Below, in pieces: positions 63,763 through 64,000 of a stretch of DNA of 64,000 nt. The stretch covers positions 310,001 through 374,000 of IMG/VR virus record IMGVR_UViG_3300005613_000001; one strand, 5' to 3'. Position 1 is the stretch's first letter. Every line of letters starts with the position of its first letter. The position numbers and the translations under genes are program-made. Below the pieces are notes generated by a model, which was not told the origin of the DNA, did no database searches, and saw nothing but the letters and a program-made list of their open reading frames with translations.

Positions 63763-64000
63763 TTAACGCTGAGCAGTTAGAGTAATTCGCAATCCTTCTT
63801 CGTATGCCTCCAATTGCTTCCCTCTTGCTTTCCCCCAATCAAAGTAATTTATTTTTTCAAAGCTAAAACTGTGCAACATCATCTCAATAGCTTTGATTGA
63901 AGGGATGCCAACAAGGGCCATTCCATGTTGTGTGTTAGGCTTTAATATGCCATTTTGAGCAGCGGTGCCTTTTTCTGTTTTTAATCCAATGGATGGCTGA
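63763..64000 (-). CDS. C-terminal fragment of an ORF entering from the right edge (possibly methyltransferase-like)
   Basis: Open frame ...PSIKAIEMMLHSFSFE...RITLTAQR*. Confidence 0.5.
   Translation of the reverse strand, partial: QPSIGLKTEKGTAAQNGILKPNTQHGMALVGIPSIKAIEMMLHSFSFEKINYFDWGKARGKQLEAYEEGLRITLTAQR

Noticed and set aside
1-64000. Genome-wide stop-codon reassignment (code 15 or 4)
   Set aside because: Long conserved genes such as nrdJ, gp46, the sheath and UDG are intact in the standard code and end at expected positions with TAG, TGA or TAA. The only suspicious in-frame TAG is local, at 15280.
1-64000. CRISPR array
   Set aside because: No regularly spaced 25-45 bp direct repeats were seen. 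The repeated sequences are tRNA arms and short codon repeats.

Overview
A 64 kb segment of a large T4-like myovirus (huge-phage type). It has no rRNA and no CRISPR array, and it uses the standard genetic code. From ~1 to 11.6 kb is a minus-strand tRNA array of 16 tRNAs, all Phe/Ser/Tyr/Leu: five long-arm Leu, three short-arm Leu, four Ser, two Tyr and two Phe. The array is interleaved with small ORFs, an HNH endonuclease, an RNAP alpha-CTD-like gene and a ~385 nt structured RNA candidate. The strongest new observation is upstream of the array: a sigma70 promoter, a 24-codon leader ORF with 15 consecutive Phe/Ser/Leu/Tyr codons, and mutually exclusive 1:2, 2:3 and 3:4 hairpins. This looks like a ribosome-mediated attenuator matched to the array's own amino acids. 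From 12 to 37 kb are glycosyl- and sulfotransferases, a Pth2-like gene interrupted by an in-frame TAG, a vWA operon, gp47/gp46, class II RNR, a resolvase, a GATase, a PLD, TagD/LicD and an early macrodomain/E2-like/HD operon. From 37 to 64 kb are baseplate, gp55-like sigma, tail tube x2, tail sheath, gp15/gp14/gp13-like genes, glycan enzymes, free-standing homing endonucleases, NUDIX and family-4 UDG. A Planctomycetota host is suggested by weak sequence hints only. All protein calls are motif recognition by eye; no database searches were run.
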